A stretch of DNA of 64,000 nt. It comes from Candidatus Latescibacterota bacterium (GTDB lineage Bacteria > Latescibacterota > CBDEFO01). Below the pieces are notes generated by a model that was not told the DNA's origin, made no database searches, and saw nothing but the letters and a program-made list of their open reading frames with translations. Below, in pieces: positions 27,844 to 38,282 of the stretch (position 1 is its first letter; every line of letters begins with the position of its first letter). The translations under genes and the position numbers were made by a program. The stretch is taken from the NCBI GenBank assembly GCA_965248755.1, contig OZ252149.1, positions 3,968,001-4,032,000 on the forward strand, read 5' to 3'.

Positions 27844-29583
27844 ATGGTTATAGCAAAGATGAATAGTGCCCTCGTGTCTAAATATATAAAGATTACTATC
27901 TTACTACTCTTGGGCTTCCTCTTTACAAAAGCTACAGGTCAAGCTATAGTCAGTTTTTCAGAGAGTGGAGAATTAAGCTTAGGAATTATGGGGCGCGGGA
28001 TGTTAGTTCCCCTGTTTTACCTTTCCTTGCTCATTTTCTTATTAAATGTTGACCCTGCGGAGTTGCTCTCCTCATTCAAGAGATTTGACATCACTTTAGG
28101 ACATGTTCTTCTGGTGCTCCCGTTGTCCCTAGCTTTTGGGTATTTTTCCCTAGGAATAGCCACTTATGGAGCAACTTATTCCATATTGGGTATTATCGTG
28201 GTATCAGGGTTTTTGTGGTCGCTCTTTCTGCTAGTCACTCGAGATGATGTGTATGGTCTATCTCTTGCCTTTGTAACTCTCCCCTTTCTCAGCTTCTTAG
28301 AGTGGGATCTTATTCGGAATACTCCATTAGGAGGTGGAGTGTGGGGACCGATCTTTATTACACCTACTGTCGTCTATATCTGGCTTGTCTTTCTTGCTTG
28401 GGCGATGGGAAGGGCCATCCGCAGGCAGGGCATAGTTAGAACCCCCCTGGATAAGTATACAGCCCTTTGGGCCTTCTTTTTGCTCATATCTTCTCTGCTT
28501 TCGGGTAATATTTACAAGAATTTACAGGCTGTTTATTTAACTTTCCTGGGACTTTTGTTCTTTTTTGTCGTGGTGGGCACAGTCCGCACTAAAAAGGATA
28601 TAGTGTTTTTTCTTTCTGCTGTAACGGTCTGGGGGATTTTAAGAGTTCTTTTTTCCTATTATCAGTTTCTGCGTTTTACCGATTTCGATAAGGTTAAGGC
28701 CTTCAATCTTTACGACCCCAAAATGTATTATGCCATCGCGCACGTGGGTGAATTAGCTCTGATATGTCTTTTTATGATTCCCATATCTATTAGCGCGGCG
28801 CTTTTAGCTTCCAGCCGTCTTCAAAGATTGTCCTTTAGACCTATACCGGTTATTTTGAGTTTTATTCTGATCTGTACGTATGTACGATCAGGTTTGGTCG
28901 TCTTTACTTTGACCTTGCCTATGCTCTTTTTGTACAGAATTAGGAGTAGAAGATATTGGGCTGTTGGTTTGATAGCTGTGGTTCTGTCTGGGATCGGTTA
29001 TGGTCTGGTCGGCAATTGGGAGCTCTTCTCACGTTTTACGGCCTGGGACTCGATTTCAGGTTTTATCTATCAGGAAAGGATGCGTATAGACGCTTTTTCA
29101 TCAGCCCTGAAGATAATGTGGGATTATCCTTTGGGAATAGGTCTCGATATGTGGAACGACTATTTTCCTTCCTATTCTACGTTGAGCCATGATTGGGAAA
29201 TTATGTTTGTCAGTTCCGCGCATAACCTCTTCTTGCACTACGGCACAGGAGGAGGGGTCGGTGCTTTGGCGACTTTGATAGCTTTTGTGGTATTTGTTTT
29301 CAGACAGATAATTTACGTTTACCGAAGGACAGAAGACATGGTCGTACACACGGTCGCTACCGGGCTACTCTGGAGCTTTTCCTCGCTTGCTATATTAGGT
29401 TCCGTAGGGGGACTGGGCTATATCTATATTATAACACCGAGGCGCCAGATACTGATAGATATAGGACTCCTATTCTGGACGTTGATCGGTTCTATTATGG
29501 CTTTGAGAAATATACAAGCTCGCCAGGAGAGAGATGAGGGCATGAAAGATACTGATTATTATATGCGTTATGGTCGAGTGTAA
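27844..29583 (+). CDS. O-antigen ligase / Wzy-like polymerase
   Basis: Multi-TM protein, TYVRSG, R...PLGIG...SAHNLFL. Confidence 0.85.
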   Translation: MVIAKMNSALVSKYIKITILLLLGFLFTKATGQAIVSFSESGELSLGIMGRGMLVPLFYLSLLIFLLNVDPAELLSSFKRFDITLGHVLLVLPLSLAFGYFSLGIATYGATYSILGIIVVSGFLWSLFLLVTRDDVYGLSLAFVTLPFLSFLEWDLIRNTPLGGGVWGPIFITPTVVYIWLVFLAWAMGRAIRRQGIVRTPLDKYTALWAFFLLISSLLSGNIYKNLQAVYLTFLGLLFFFVVVGTVRTKKDIVFFLSAVTVWGILRVLFSYYQFLRFTDFDKVKAFNLYDPKMYYAIAHVGELALICLFMIPISISAALLASSRLQRLSFRPIPVILSFILICTYVRSGLVVFTLTLPMLFLYRIRSRRYWAVGLIAVVLSGIGYGLVGNWELFSRFTAWDSISGFIYQERMRIDAFSSALKIMWDYPLGIGLDMWNDYFPSYSTLSHDWEIMFVSSAHNLFLHYGTGGGVGALATLIAFVVFVFRQIIYVYRRTEDMVVHTVATGLLWSFSSLAILGSVGGLGYIYIITPRRQILIDIGLLFWTLIGSIMALRNIQARQERDEGMKDTDYYMRYGRV

Positions 29584-31207
29584 AATGGAATCTCTCCGTC
29601 ATAAGCTTATTAAAAACACTGCTCTTAATACAATTGGCCGCATGTGGGGTGTAGTGCTCAGCTTCCTTTTGATGCCGTATATTGTCTTAAAGCTGGGAAA
29701 TGAAGCTTTCGGCGTTTGGGCTGTGGTCGGAGTTATCATAAGCTATTTTATGTTGACGGACTTCGGCGTGGGATGGTCCTTCGTCAAGTATATATCTGAA
29801 TACTACGCCAAGAAGGATTATAGATCTATAAATCAAGTCGTAAATACGGGATTTGTGTTCTATACAGGGGTTGCAGTCATTATCCTCCTTTTAGCTTTAG
29901 GGCTAAATCGTTTGCTCTTAAGCCTCTTTAAGGTCTCTCCTGATCTGATGAATGATGCGACGTTTGCTCTTATAGGGTCTGCCCTGATAGTAGCGTTAGG
30001 AAGACCCTTCGGCGGCTTCGGAGCGATAATTATAGGACTGCAAAGATATGACATAAGAAACGGCCTCGATATTTTTCAGTCGCTTATCAATGCAGCCGGG
30101 ACTGTAGCAGTTTTGGAGTTAGGTTATGGGCTTAAGGGGCTTATTATCAACGGCCTTTGTCTTTCAGTTGCAAGTATAGTTTTAAGTGTGGTCTTCGCCT
30201 ACCGGCTCCTCCCTGAGCTCAGGTTCAATCCCTTCTCGTTTTGGGACCGAACAATCTTTAAAAAGCTGTTCAGTTACGGCGCTACGCTTCAGGTAAATAA
30301 CCTTTCCAATTTGATAAATATGCAGGTGGGTAAACTCCTTTTAGGATATTTTTTGAATGTATCTGTAGTCACGTTCTACGAGGTAGGTACGAGGATAGCT
30401 CATCTTGCAAGGTCGGGACCTATGTTACTTTTGGGGGCTATAATACCTATGGCATCCGAGTTAGACGCCAAGGCGGATAGAGCGACCCTTGAAAGGCTCT
30501 ATATGAGAGGGTCTAAATATATGGTAATTCCGAGCGTGCCGCTTGTCCTTTTTATCCTTATGACCGCTCCTGTGATCATATCCGCTTGGATGGGGCCGTT
30601 TGGCTATGACGGGTCAATCGACTACGGGGTCCTTGATAATTTTGAATCCCTTGTCGTGTTAGTTCAACTGATGACTATTGGATATTTCATGCACGTGCTT
30701 ACAGGGATGGGGACTAGTATATCAAGAGGCATGGGCCGGCTGAAATATGAATTGGTGGCATTGTCTCCAATTTTAATAGTGCATGTAGCTCTTAATTTAG
30801 TTTTGATCCCCAAGATGGGCTTAAAAGGAGCGGCTATCGGCGCTGCTTCGTCTTTTGCGATGTGTTCAATAGTAAATATAGTCTGGACATTTAAAAGGAT
30901 TATAGGCGGCTCCTTCCTTCAATTTTTAGAGGCGATATATCTCAAGCCCTTCTGCGCGGCGCTCTTAGCAGGGGTGTCTATTTACTGGATGGACGATCTG
31001 TTTTCCTTTTTTTCATTTCCTCCGGGAAGGGTAAAATATCTTGCGATGTTGGGAACAGAAGGTCTGATCTTCTTCGGGGTCTATTTTGCTGTGATTCTCT
31101 GGATTGGGTACATAGATGAGTATGACAGGCATCTTGTGCTGGGATATTGGAATTCTGCAAAAGCTCTGCTCAGAAAAGATCGGAGACGTACAGTGGTTGA
31201 AGGGTAA
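29570..31207 (+). CDS. wzx: Wzx-like flippase (MOP superfamily)
   Basis: LIKNT..N..GR, LGNEAFGVW, DFGVG, LIPKMGLKGAAIG; about 14 TM segments; alternative start 29585. Confidence 0.88.
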   Translation: MVECKMESLRHKLIKNTALNTIGRMWGVVLSFLLMPYIVLKLGNEAFGVWAVVGVIISYFMLTDFGVGWSFVKYISEYYAKKDYRSINQVVNTGFVFYTGVAVIILLLALGLNRLLLSLFKVSPDLMNDATFALIGSALIVALGRPFGGFGAIIIGLQRYDIRNGLDIFQSLINAAGTVAVLELGYGLKGLIINGLCLSVASIVLSVVFAYRLLPELRFNPFSFWDRTIFKKLFSYGATLQVNNLSNLINMQVGKLLLGYFLNVSVVTFYEVGTRIAHLARSGPMLLLGAIIPMASELDAKADRATLERLYMRGSKYMVIPSVPLVLFILMTAPVIISAWMGPFGYDGSIDYGVLDNFESLVVLVQLMTIGYFMHVLTGMGTSISRGMGRLKYELVALSPILIVHVALNLVLIPKMGLKGAAIGAASSFAMCSIVNIVWTFKRIIGGSFLQFLEAIYLKPFCAALLAGVSIYWMDDLFSFFSFPPGRVKYLAMLGTEGLIFFGVYFAVILWIGYIDEYDRHLVLGYWNSAKALLRKDRRRTVVEG

Positions 31208-31285
31208 GGTATTAGATCGTGTGTTACGTGACTTCGATATTGATCCGAAGCGATAAAAACAACCCGCATAAATAGGAAAGCGGGA

Positions 31286-31954
31286 ATGTCTTTGTACAAA
31301 TCGTTAAAACGTGTGCTATTAAACCTGGAACGATGGATATATGCCGGATCACCGCAATGGTTACAGGATACATTAACTAAGCTTTAGCGAAAGGTCGATA
31401 TTAAGGCGCTGAAGCGCAGAGGTCCAGTAAAGTTACATATAGGATGTGGTGCCTGGATTAAATACGATTATATCAATATTGATAAGTATCATCCCAAGGC
31501 AGATGAAAAGATAGATGCTTGCCGTTTGGAGGGTTATAAAGATAACTCGGTGGACGAAATCTTGGCAAGCCACCTGATAGAACATCTCCCAAGGCATGAT
31601 GTTATAAGAGCCCTCAGGGAATGGTATAGGGTATTGAAGATAGGTGGCAAGTTGATAGTAAGATGCCCGAATTTTGAGTTATACGTAAGGGAGTGGTTAG
31701 AGGAAAGTCCAGATTATAGAGAAGGGCAAGGAATGATGAACATTTTTGGGCACGATTAGGAAGGCTGGTATCATACACAGGGATTCACGAAAGATATGTT
31801 AGAAAGGTGAGTCAAGGACGCGGGATTTTCAATAGTGAAAATAGAAATTACGAAGAATCCCTGGCATAAGTCCGGGCATCCCGAATATAGAGAAAATGGC
31901 GATATCTATTGTGAGGCGGTAAAAATCAGTACGTCAAGAAGCACTGAAGAATAA
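31286..31954 (+). pseudogene. Class I SAM methyltransferase (type 11) pseudogene with three in-frame stops
   Basis: One frame: KLHIGCG...YINID...SHLIEHL...WYRVLKIGG...GDIYCEAVK; TAG 31385, TAG 31757, TGA 31808. Confidence 0.85.
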
Positions 31955-32019
31955 GGCACCTGGTAAATAGTTTGGAGTATAGATTAGTCCATTAGCGTGA
32001 AAGGTTTTAATAGCGGGAT

Positions 32020-32976
32020 ATGATCAAGCTATCTATAATTATCGTTGCGTGGAATACTAAGGAATATTCAGTGCAGTGTCTTGATTCGGTCTTTATATAT
32101 CCTCCCACCTGCGAATTTGAGGTTATCTATGTTGATAATTGCTCCCAAGATGGGAGTGTAGGTATCGTAAGAAGGTTGTTTTCTAGTGTAAGAATAATAC
32201 AAAACGAGCGTAATATCGGCTTCCCCAAGGCTAATAACCAGGCTATAAGGATAGCTCAGGGAGAGTACATACTGCTTCTGAACTCTGATACAGTTGCTTT
32301 AGACGGATCCATTGATAAACTTTTGAACTTTATGGAAGACACTCCCAAGGTCGGGGCGGCAAGCGGGAAGTGTCTCTATCCTGATGGACGCAAGCAATGG
32401 ACAATCAGCACAGCGCCTTCAGTACGGGTTCTGTTCAAATGGATGCTGGGTCGATATGGACCGTCGTACAGACTCATGTCAAGATTTATGGATATTGGAA
32501 AAGGGAATTCCCGAAGAGAGCCGAGTGAACCTGTAGAACAGGACTATCCGTATGGTGCATTCTTGATAGCCAGAAGAGAGGCTGTCGAACAGGTAGGCCT
32601 AATAGATGAGAAAATGTTCACTTTTGGGGAAGATCTCGATTGGGGTGTTCGAATGAGAAAGAAAGGTTGGAAGGTATTTTACGTCCCGGATGCTCAGGTA
32701 ATACACTATCAAGGTCAGACAACGAAGAAAGATCCTAAGAGATTTCATATCGAATGGTTGAGGGCCCATAGATATTTCTTTAGTAAATACAAGAGCCTTC
32801 TATATTGTTCGGTTATAGACTCCATTTTGATCGCGGACATAATGTTTATGTTTCTAAAGATCTCCTTGGGCAGTCTAATAAACAGAAGAAATAGTAACCC
32901 GGTCTTTAAATCAAGAGATGATTGTTTGGGAGTGCTAAAGGGGGCGTTCTCCAGCAGCCACAGAGCAAATAGATGA
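32020..32976 (+). CDS. GT2 glycosyltransferase (WbbL/rhamnosyltransferase-like)
   Basis: SIIIVAWN, VDNCSQDGS, LLLNSD, EDLDW. Confidence 0.92.
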   Translation: MIKLSIIIVAWNTKEYSVQCLDSVFIYPPTCEFEVIYVDNCSQDGSVGIVRRLFSSVRIIQNERNIGFPKANNQAIRIAQGEYILLLNSDTVALDGSIDKLLNFMEDTPKVGAASGKCLYPDGRKQWTISTAPSVRVLFKWMLGRYGPSYRLMSRFMDIGKGNSRREPSEPVEQDYPYGAFLIARREAVEQVGLIDEKMFTFGEDLDWGVRMRKKGWKVFYVPDAQVIHYQGQTTKKDPKRFHIEWLRAHRYFFSKYKSLLYCSVIDSILIADIMFMFLKISLGSLINRRNSNPVFKSRDDCLGVLKGAFSSSHRANR

Positions 32977-33090
32977 AGAGAGGCGTAATCGTTTCTATCT
33001 CTAAATCCGGCCTTCTCATCAACGATATGTCCAGCAAGTTTATAATTGTTGTTTGTGTCGAAAAGAGCGTGGAGAACAAGGAGCTTTGCA

Positions 33091-34008
33091 TTGAAGAAGT
33101 ATTTCCTGTCTGTGATAATACCTACTCATAACCGAGAAGATATTCTGAAAAAGTGCCTGGAGGCTCTATTTGTGCAGTCTTATTCCAGGTCGTCGTATGA
33201 AATAATAGTGGTAGACGACGGCTCTACCGATGGGACTAACAAGACAGTAGAAGTGCTGAAGGACTGTTCGCCCGTGCCTTTAAAGTTCTTTCAACAGATC
33301 AAAAAGAGTCCTGCGTCTGCCAGGAATATAGGCATTAAGAACGCTGAGGGTGAAATAGTCTTGATCATCGGCGACGATGTGATCGCCCTCCCGACTCTGT
33401 TAGAGGAACATATTTTGTGGCATAAAAAGTATCCTTCGGATAATAGCGCTGTGTTGGGATTTACGACGTGGTCGCCCCAGATAGAAATTACGCCTTTTAT
33501 GAGATGGTTAGAGAACGGAGGGCCGCAGTTTAAGTATTGGTCGATCAAGGATAAGGAGAACGTCGGGTATGGTCACTTCTACACCTCGAATATCTCCTTG
33601 AAACGAGACTTTCTATTGAAAAACGGTCTCTTTGACGAGGACTTTCCGTACGCTTCTTATGAGGATACTGAATTAGCATTCAGGTTGGAGAAGAAAGGGC
33701 TGAGGATTGTCCACAACGACAGGGCTATCGGCTATCATTATCACAGTACGAGTCTAAACGACGCGTTGAAGCGGATGGAAAGGGTAGGTTTATCTCGTCA
33801 GATATACCTGTCCAAGGTGGGCAGGGATATCCAGAACGCGGATATAAACGGTCGAAGTCCTTTAAGAGAGTTTCTATCGGATGTAAAATTAAAGCTATTT
33901 AAGCTCGCAGGACATGTGGCTGAGAGGCGCTTCGTAGCACCGAAGGTATACAGCTACTTGATGGACATGGCTATGTCTGAAGGGTTTAACAAGAAATTGC
34001 AAATTTGA
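33091..34008 (+). CDS. GT2 glycosyltransferase
   Basis: SVIIPTHNR, VVDDGSTD, ARNIG, EDTELAFR; AGGAG RBS before TTG 33091. Confidence 0.92.
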   Translation: MKKYFLSVIIPTHNREDILKKCLEALFVQSYSRSSYEIIVVDDGSTDGTNKTVEVLKDCSPVPLKFFQQIKKSPASARNIGIKNAEGEIVLIIGDDVIALPTLLEEHILWHKKYPSDNSAVLGFTTWSPQIEITPFMRWLENGGPQFKYWSIKDKENVGYGHFYTSNISLKRDFLLKNGLFDEDFPYASYEDTELAFRLEKKGLRIVHNDRAIGYHYHSTSLNDALKRMERVGLSRQIYLSKVGRDIQNADINGRSPLREFLSDVKLKLFKLAGHVAERRFVAPKVYSYLMDMAMSEGFNKKLQI

Positions 34009-34038
34009 GGAAATCACAATAATCAAAGGTGTGAAGAC

Positions 34039-34413
34039 GTGGCTCGTTTAGCGTGTCTGGATCCAGATGAGAGCACGGTAAAAGGACAAATGTTCAACGT
34101 TTCATACGATAACTATAAGATTTTGGACCTGGCTTATGAGGTGAGGGACGCTCTGGGCGGGATAGATGTAAAAATTGAGGTGGATCAGAGTAAAAGAAAA
34201 GACAGGAGCTACAGGATTTCCGTGGACAAGATCCAAAATGTCTTGGGATTTAAGTATTCTGTCTCTGTCGCTGAGTTCGTGGCTACGATGGTAGAGAGGA
34301 TTCGGGAGTGGGGTTATACGGACTTTTCCCATCCGAGGTATTACAACATAAATTGGATGATGCTTTTGACTGAGGTTGAGAGCAATCTCAAGAAGATGGG
34401 CGGGTTGTTTTAA
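34039..34413 (+). pseudogene. C-terminal fragment of an NAD-dependent epimerase/dehydratase
   Basis: GQMFNV...DRSYRISVDKIQNVLGF...PRYYN; no Rossmann N-terminus upstream. Confidence 0.7.
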
Positions 34414-34436
34414 GTTTAAGATAGGAAGGCGTTTTT

Positions 34437-36227
34437 TTGTTCATACTCGGTATCTCCTGTTTCTACCACGATGCTGCCGCTGCTATCTTAAGGGACGGGC
34501 AGCTAATAGCGGCGGCTGAGGAGGAGAGATTCTCAAGAAAGAAGCACGACTTCGGGTTTCCGATCAACGCTATAGAGTTTTGTCTGAGAACAGCGGGAAT
34601 TACGGCGGAAGAGTTGGACTACGTTGTCTTCTATGAGAAACCCTTTGTCAAGTTCGAACGCATATTGATGACTGCGTTCGGGACCTTTCCCAAGTCGTGG
34701 AAGGTATTCCGCGAGGCGATGGTGACATGGCTCTTGGACAAGCTATGGATAAGGGGAATCCTGAAGGACAAGTTGAGCGCAGCCTCGGAGAAGGTGCTCT
34801 TTGCCGAGCATCATCTGTCGCACGCTGCGAGTGCATTTTTATGTTCTCCTTTCGACAAGGCTGCTATCTTGACGATCGATGGCGTTGGGGAGTGGACAAC
34901 CACGACCATGGGCAAGGGTAGGGGGACGGATATTACGCTCACAAGGGAGATGCGTTTCCCTCATTCGCTGGGGCTTTTGTACAGTGCCTTTACGGCCTTT
35001 TTGGGGTTTGAGGTGAACGAGGGGGAATACAAGGTTATGGGCATGGCGCCTTACGGCCAGCCCAAATATGTGGATAAGATTCATAAACTCATAGAGCTGT
35101 ATTGCGACGGAAGTTTCCATCTGAATATGGACTACTTTTGTTATCACTATTCCCCCGAAAGGACGTATAACTCGAAGTTCACCGATCTTTTTGGAACTCC
35201 CAGAGACCCCAAGTCCAAGTTCTTTACGCCCTCTACTGGTTATCCCTCCTATTTTGGAGAGAAGCCGCAAAATTGCGACCAGGCGGGCAGGGCGAATGAG
35301 TACTACGCCGATATAGCCGCAAGCGTTCAGGCCCTGACCGAAGAGGCTATCTTAAAGATGGCGAACTGTCTGTACGAGGAGACAAAAAGCAAAAGGCTCT
35401 GTATGGCGGGAGGCGTGGCTTTAAACAGCGTAGCCAACGGGAAAATATTGAAAGAGACTCCGTTTGAGGAGCTATACATACATCCCGCCGCGGGGGACGG
35501 AGGAGGCGCTGTGGGTGCTGCTCTTTACGCCTATCACTGTCTTTTGGGAAAGCCAAGGGAGTTTATAATGGAGCATGCTTATTGGGGACAGGATTACGGC
35601 GAGGACAAGATCAAGAGCTTTCTTGAAGGGAACGGCATAAGTTATGAGTATGTAGAAGACGATGAGATCCTGTTCGACAGGATAGTGGATCATCTCCAGG
35701 ATGGGAAGGTTATAGGATGGTTTCAGGACAGATTCGAGTGGGGACCGAGGGCCCTGGGCAACAGGAGCATCTTAGCAGACCCAAGAAAGGCCGAGATGAA
35801 GGATATTGTGAACACCAAGATCAAGTTTCGGGAGCCCTTCAGACCGTTTGCACCTTCTGTTTTAGTGGAGAGGACCGAGGAGTTTTTCGATCTTCCACAA
35901 GCTGATAAGCACTACCCTGCAAGGTTTATGTTGTATGTAGTGGATGTGAAGGAGGATAAACAGGATGTGATTCCGGCTATAACCCACGTTGACGGGTCGG
36001 GCAGGCTCCAGACCGTGGTAAAGGAGACAAACCCGAGGTACTACAGACTGATAGAGAAATTCGGCCAGGCTACAGGAGTGCCTTTGGTGCTGAATACCTC
36101 TTTTAACCTTAAGGGCGAGCCCATAGTCAACACTCCCCAGGATGCGTTTAATACGTTTATGGCAAGCGGAATGGATCTATTGATTCTGGATAGATTTGTG
36201 ATAGAAAAAGAAAGCGAGGAGACATGA
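34437..36227 (+). CDS. O-carbamoyltransferase (NodU/CmcH/SxtI family)
   Basis: ILGISCFYHDAAA, EEERFSR, HHLSHAAS, EYKVMGMAPYG, GGVALN, GPRALGNRS, KFREPFRPFAP, LNTSFN. Confidence 0.96.
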   Translation: MFILGISCFYHDAAAAILRDGQLIAAAEEERFSRKKHDFGFPINAIEFCLRTAGITAEELDYVVFYEKPFVKFERILMTAFGTFPKSWKVFREAMVTWLLDKLWIRGILKDKLSAASEKVLFAEHHLSHAASAFLCSPFDKAAILTIDGVGEWTTTTMGKGRGTDITLTREMRFPHSLGLLYSAFTAFLGFEVNEGEYKVMGMAPYGQPKYVDKIHKLIELYCDGSFHLNMDYFCYHYSPERTYNSKFTDLFGTPRDPKSKFFTPSTGYPSYFGEKPQNCDQAGRANEYYADIAASVQALTEEAILKMANCLYEETKSKRLCMAGGVALNSVANGKILKETPFEELYIHPAAGDGGGAVGAALYAYHCLLGKPREFIMEHAYWGQDYGEDKIKSFLEGNGISYEYVEDDEILFDRIVDHLQDGKVIGWFQDRFEWGPRALGNRSILADPRKAEMKDIVNTKIKFREPFRPFAPSVLVERTEEFFDLPQADKHYPARFMLYVVDVKEDKQDVIPAITHVDGSGRLQTVVKETNPRYYRLIEKFGQATGVPLVLNTSFNLKGEPIVNTPQDAFNTFMASGMDLLILDRFVIEKESEET

Positions 36228-36403
36228 GGGCTGTTAAGAATTTCCTGGGCAAGTTTTCGATAGCCGGGGAACTTCTGGTCTTTTTCTGGAAGCGGAAGCT
36301 CTGGTGGTTGATTCCAATGATGGTTGTACTCCTGGCGTTTGGGCTTGTGATGGTGTTAGCTCAGGGGACAGCTATTGCTCCTTTCGTATATACGCTCTTT
36401 TAG
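36224..36403 (+). CDS. DUF5989 / SxtK-like small membrane protein (59 aa, absent from the ORF track)
   Basis: MRAVKNF...FFWKRKLWWLIP...AIAPFVYTLF; ATGA overlap with the carbamoyltransferase stop. Confidence 0.85.
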   Translation: MRAVKNFLGKFSIAGELLVFFWKRKLWWLIPMMVVLLAFGLVMVLAQGTAIAPFVYTLF

Positions 36404-36421
36404 TCGAGACGGCGAATAGAA

Positions 36422-37318
36422 ATGCGTGTAGCGCTTATTGGAGCCAACGGACAGTTGGGCTGTGATATTGCAAGGGCCTTGTCCGCGATTGATTCTATCG
36501 GGGACTTGAATGACAGGGTTCTGATCCCCCTGACCCATACGGATATCGAGATTACAGACTTCAAGCTTATGACCGATGTGCTGTCCGAGCATAAGCCGGA
36601 TATAGTTATCAACACCGCGGCTTATCACAGGGTAGATGACTGTGAAACAAATCTGGAGAAGGCTTTCTCTGTGAACGCCCTCGGGGCAAGAAATCTTGCC
36701 CTCCACTGTAAAGAGAATAAAATTTGTCTGCTGCACATCAGCACAGATTACGTGTTTGATGGAAAGAGGACTTCACCCTATGTAGAGTCGGACCTTCCCA
36801 ATCCGCTGAACGCTTACGGCGTGTCCAAACTTGCGGGGGAGCATTTCGTAAGGAGCATTACGGATGAGCATTTCATAGTCAGGACGTCTGGACTTTATGG
36901 AATTCATAAGTGCAGGGCAAAGGGCGGGAACTTCATAGATACTATGCTGAGGCTATCCCAAGAGCAGGACGTGATAAGGGTGGTAGACGATGAGGTTTTG
37001 ACCCCGACTTACACTTTAGATGTGGCTTATCAGATAAGGGAATTGTTAGAAACAGGCACTTATGGGACGTATCACATAACCAATCAGGGTGAATGCTCCT
37101 GGTACGAGTTTGCAAGTAAGATATTTGAGTTTATGGATATCCAGGTGAATCTTGAAAGAATCACAGCAGATGAGTTCAGGAGTCCTGCCAGGCGTCCCTC
37201 CTATTCTGTGCTTGAGAATAAGGCGTTGAAGGACATAGGGATAGATAGAATGAGAAGTTGGGATGAGGCGTTGAATGCGTATTTGCAGGAAAGAAAAGAG
37301 CAACATCACGATGGATAA
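36422..37318 (+). CDS. rfbD: dTDP-4-dehydrorhamnose reductase
   Basis: GANGQLG, HISTDYVFDG, YGVSKLAGE, RPSYSVL. Confidence 0.93.
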   Translation: MRVALIGANGQLGCDIARALSAIDSIGDLNDRVLIPLTHTDIEITDFKLMTDVLSEHKPDIVINTAAYHRVDDCETNLEKAFSVNALGARNLALHCKENKICLLHISTDYVFDGKRTSPYVESDLPNPLNAYGVSKLAGEHFVRSITDEHFIVRTSGLYGIHKCRAKGGNFIDTMLRLSQEQDVIRVVDDEVLTPTYTLDVAYQIRELLETGTYGTYHITNQGECSWYEFASKIFEFMDIQVNLERITADEFRSPARRPSYSVLENKALKDIGIDRMRSWDEALNAYLQERKEQHHDG

Positions 37319-38282
37319 GAAAGTTAGTATCTATATTCTCAACTACAACGGTAAAGATCTCTTAGCGGAATATCTTCCCTCTGTAGTAGAAGCTGTGAAG
37401 TACGATGGCAACGGGCACGAGATAGTGGTTGTAGATAATCTCAGCACCGACGACAGTGTGGAATTCGTGGAGAGGAACTTCCCCCAGGTTAAAGTTAGAA
37501 AGATGGAGACGAATAGACTCCTCTTTTCTTATAATCAGGTTGTAAAAGAGTGCAAGAACGATTATGTAATCCTTCTAAACACAGACATAAAGATCGTAGA
37601 ACCTGACTTTGTGCGCCCTCTTTTAAGACATTTCTCAGATCCCGATGTCTTTGCAGTTGTGCCCAAGGTCTTGTCCGATAATCCTTCAGAGGAATACCTT
37701 TACAGGTGTCCTGGAGTCTTTTCACGGGGTCTTCTATGGACAGGGAGATGGGAGAAGTTTCCGGGGAAGGGATTTACGCTCTTTGCACACGGAGGAGCAG
37801 CCGCCTACAACAGAAATAAGTTTCTGGAACTTGGTGGATTCGATGATATCTACTGCCCTGGGTATGATGAAGACCAGGATATTTCCTATTTAGCGTGGAT
37901 GAGAGGATGGAAGATTATCTTTGAACCTGAAAGCGTAGTATTTCACAGGGGAGGCGCTACATTCAAAAGGACTTATAAAGATAATATGATGCAGCAGCAT
38001 AAGGAGAAGGTGGCGATGGTCTTTGCTCTTAAGAATATATCTGATCGTAGAATGCTCGCTGAATTCTTCTTTTGGTCTTTACTTAGATTTTTCAAATATC
38101 TTTCAAATTCTGATATGAGCAGGGTGAAAGCGTACAAAGACGTTATAGCGATGACTTCTCGTATTTTAAGGTCCAGGAGAAAGATGAAAATGTCCAGGAG
38201 GATTTCGGACAGAAGCATACTTGAAATTATAAAACGAAATCGTACACAATCTTCTAAGAGTACAAGAATAAGTAAAAGATGA
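37311..38282 (+). CDS. GT2 glycosyltransferase
   Basis: ILNYNG, VDNLSTDDS, LLNTD, GGFD...EDQD. Confidence 0.9.
   Translation: MDKKVSIYILNYNGKDLLAEYLPSVVEAVKYDGNGHEIVVVDNLSTDDSVEFVERNFPQVKVRKMETNRLLFSYNQVVKECKNDYVILLNTDIKIVEPDFVRPLLRHFSDPDVFAVVPKVLSDNPSEEYLYRCPGVFSRGLLWTGRWEKFPGKGFTLFAHGGAAAYNRNKFLELGGFDDIYCPGYDEDQDISYLAWMRGWKIIFEPESVVFHRGGATFKRTYKDNMMQQHKEKVAMVFALKNISDRRMLAEFFFWSLLRFFKYLSNSDMSRVKAYKDVIAMTSRILRSRRKMKMSRRISDRSILEIIKRNRTQSSKSTRISKR

Noticed and set aside
31286..31954. Alternative genetic code (TAG/TGA reassignment)
   Set aside because: Many intact genes here end in TAG or TGA at the expected positions
34437..36403. Saxitoxin or other toxin cluster
   Set aside because: Only sxtI/K-like genes in a glycan context; no sxtA/G, PKS or NRPS genes
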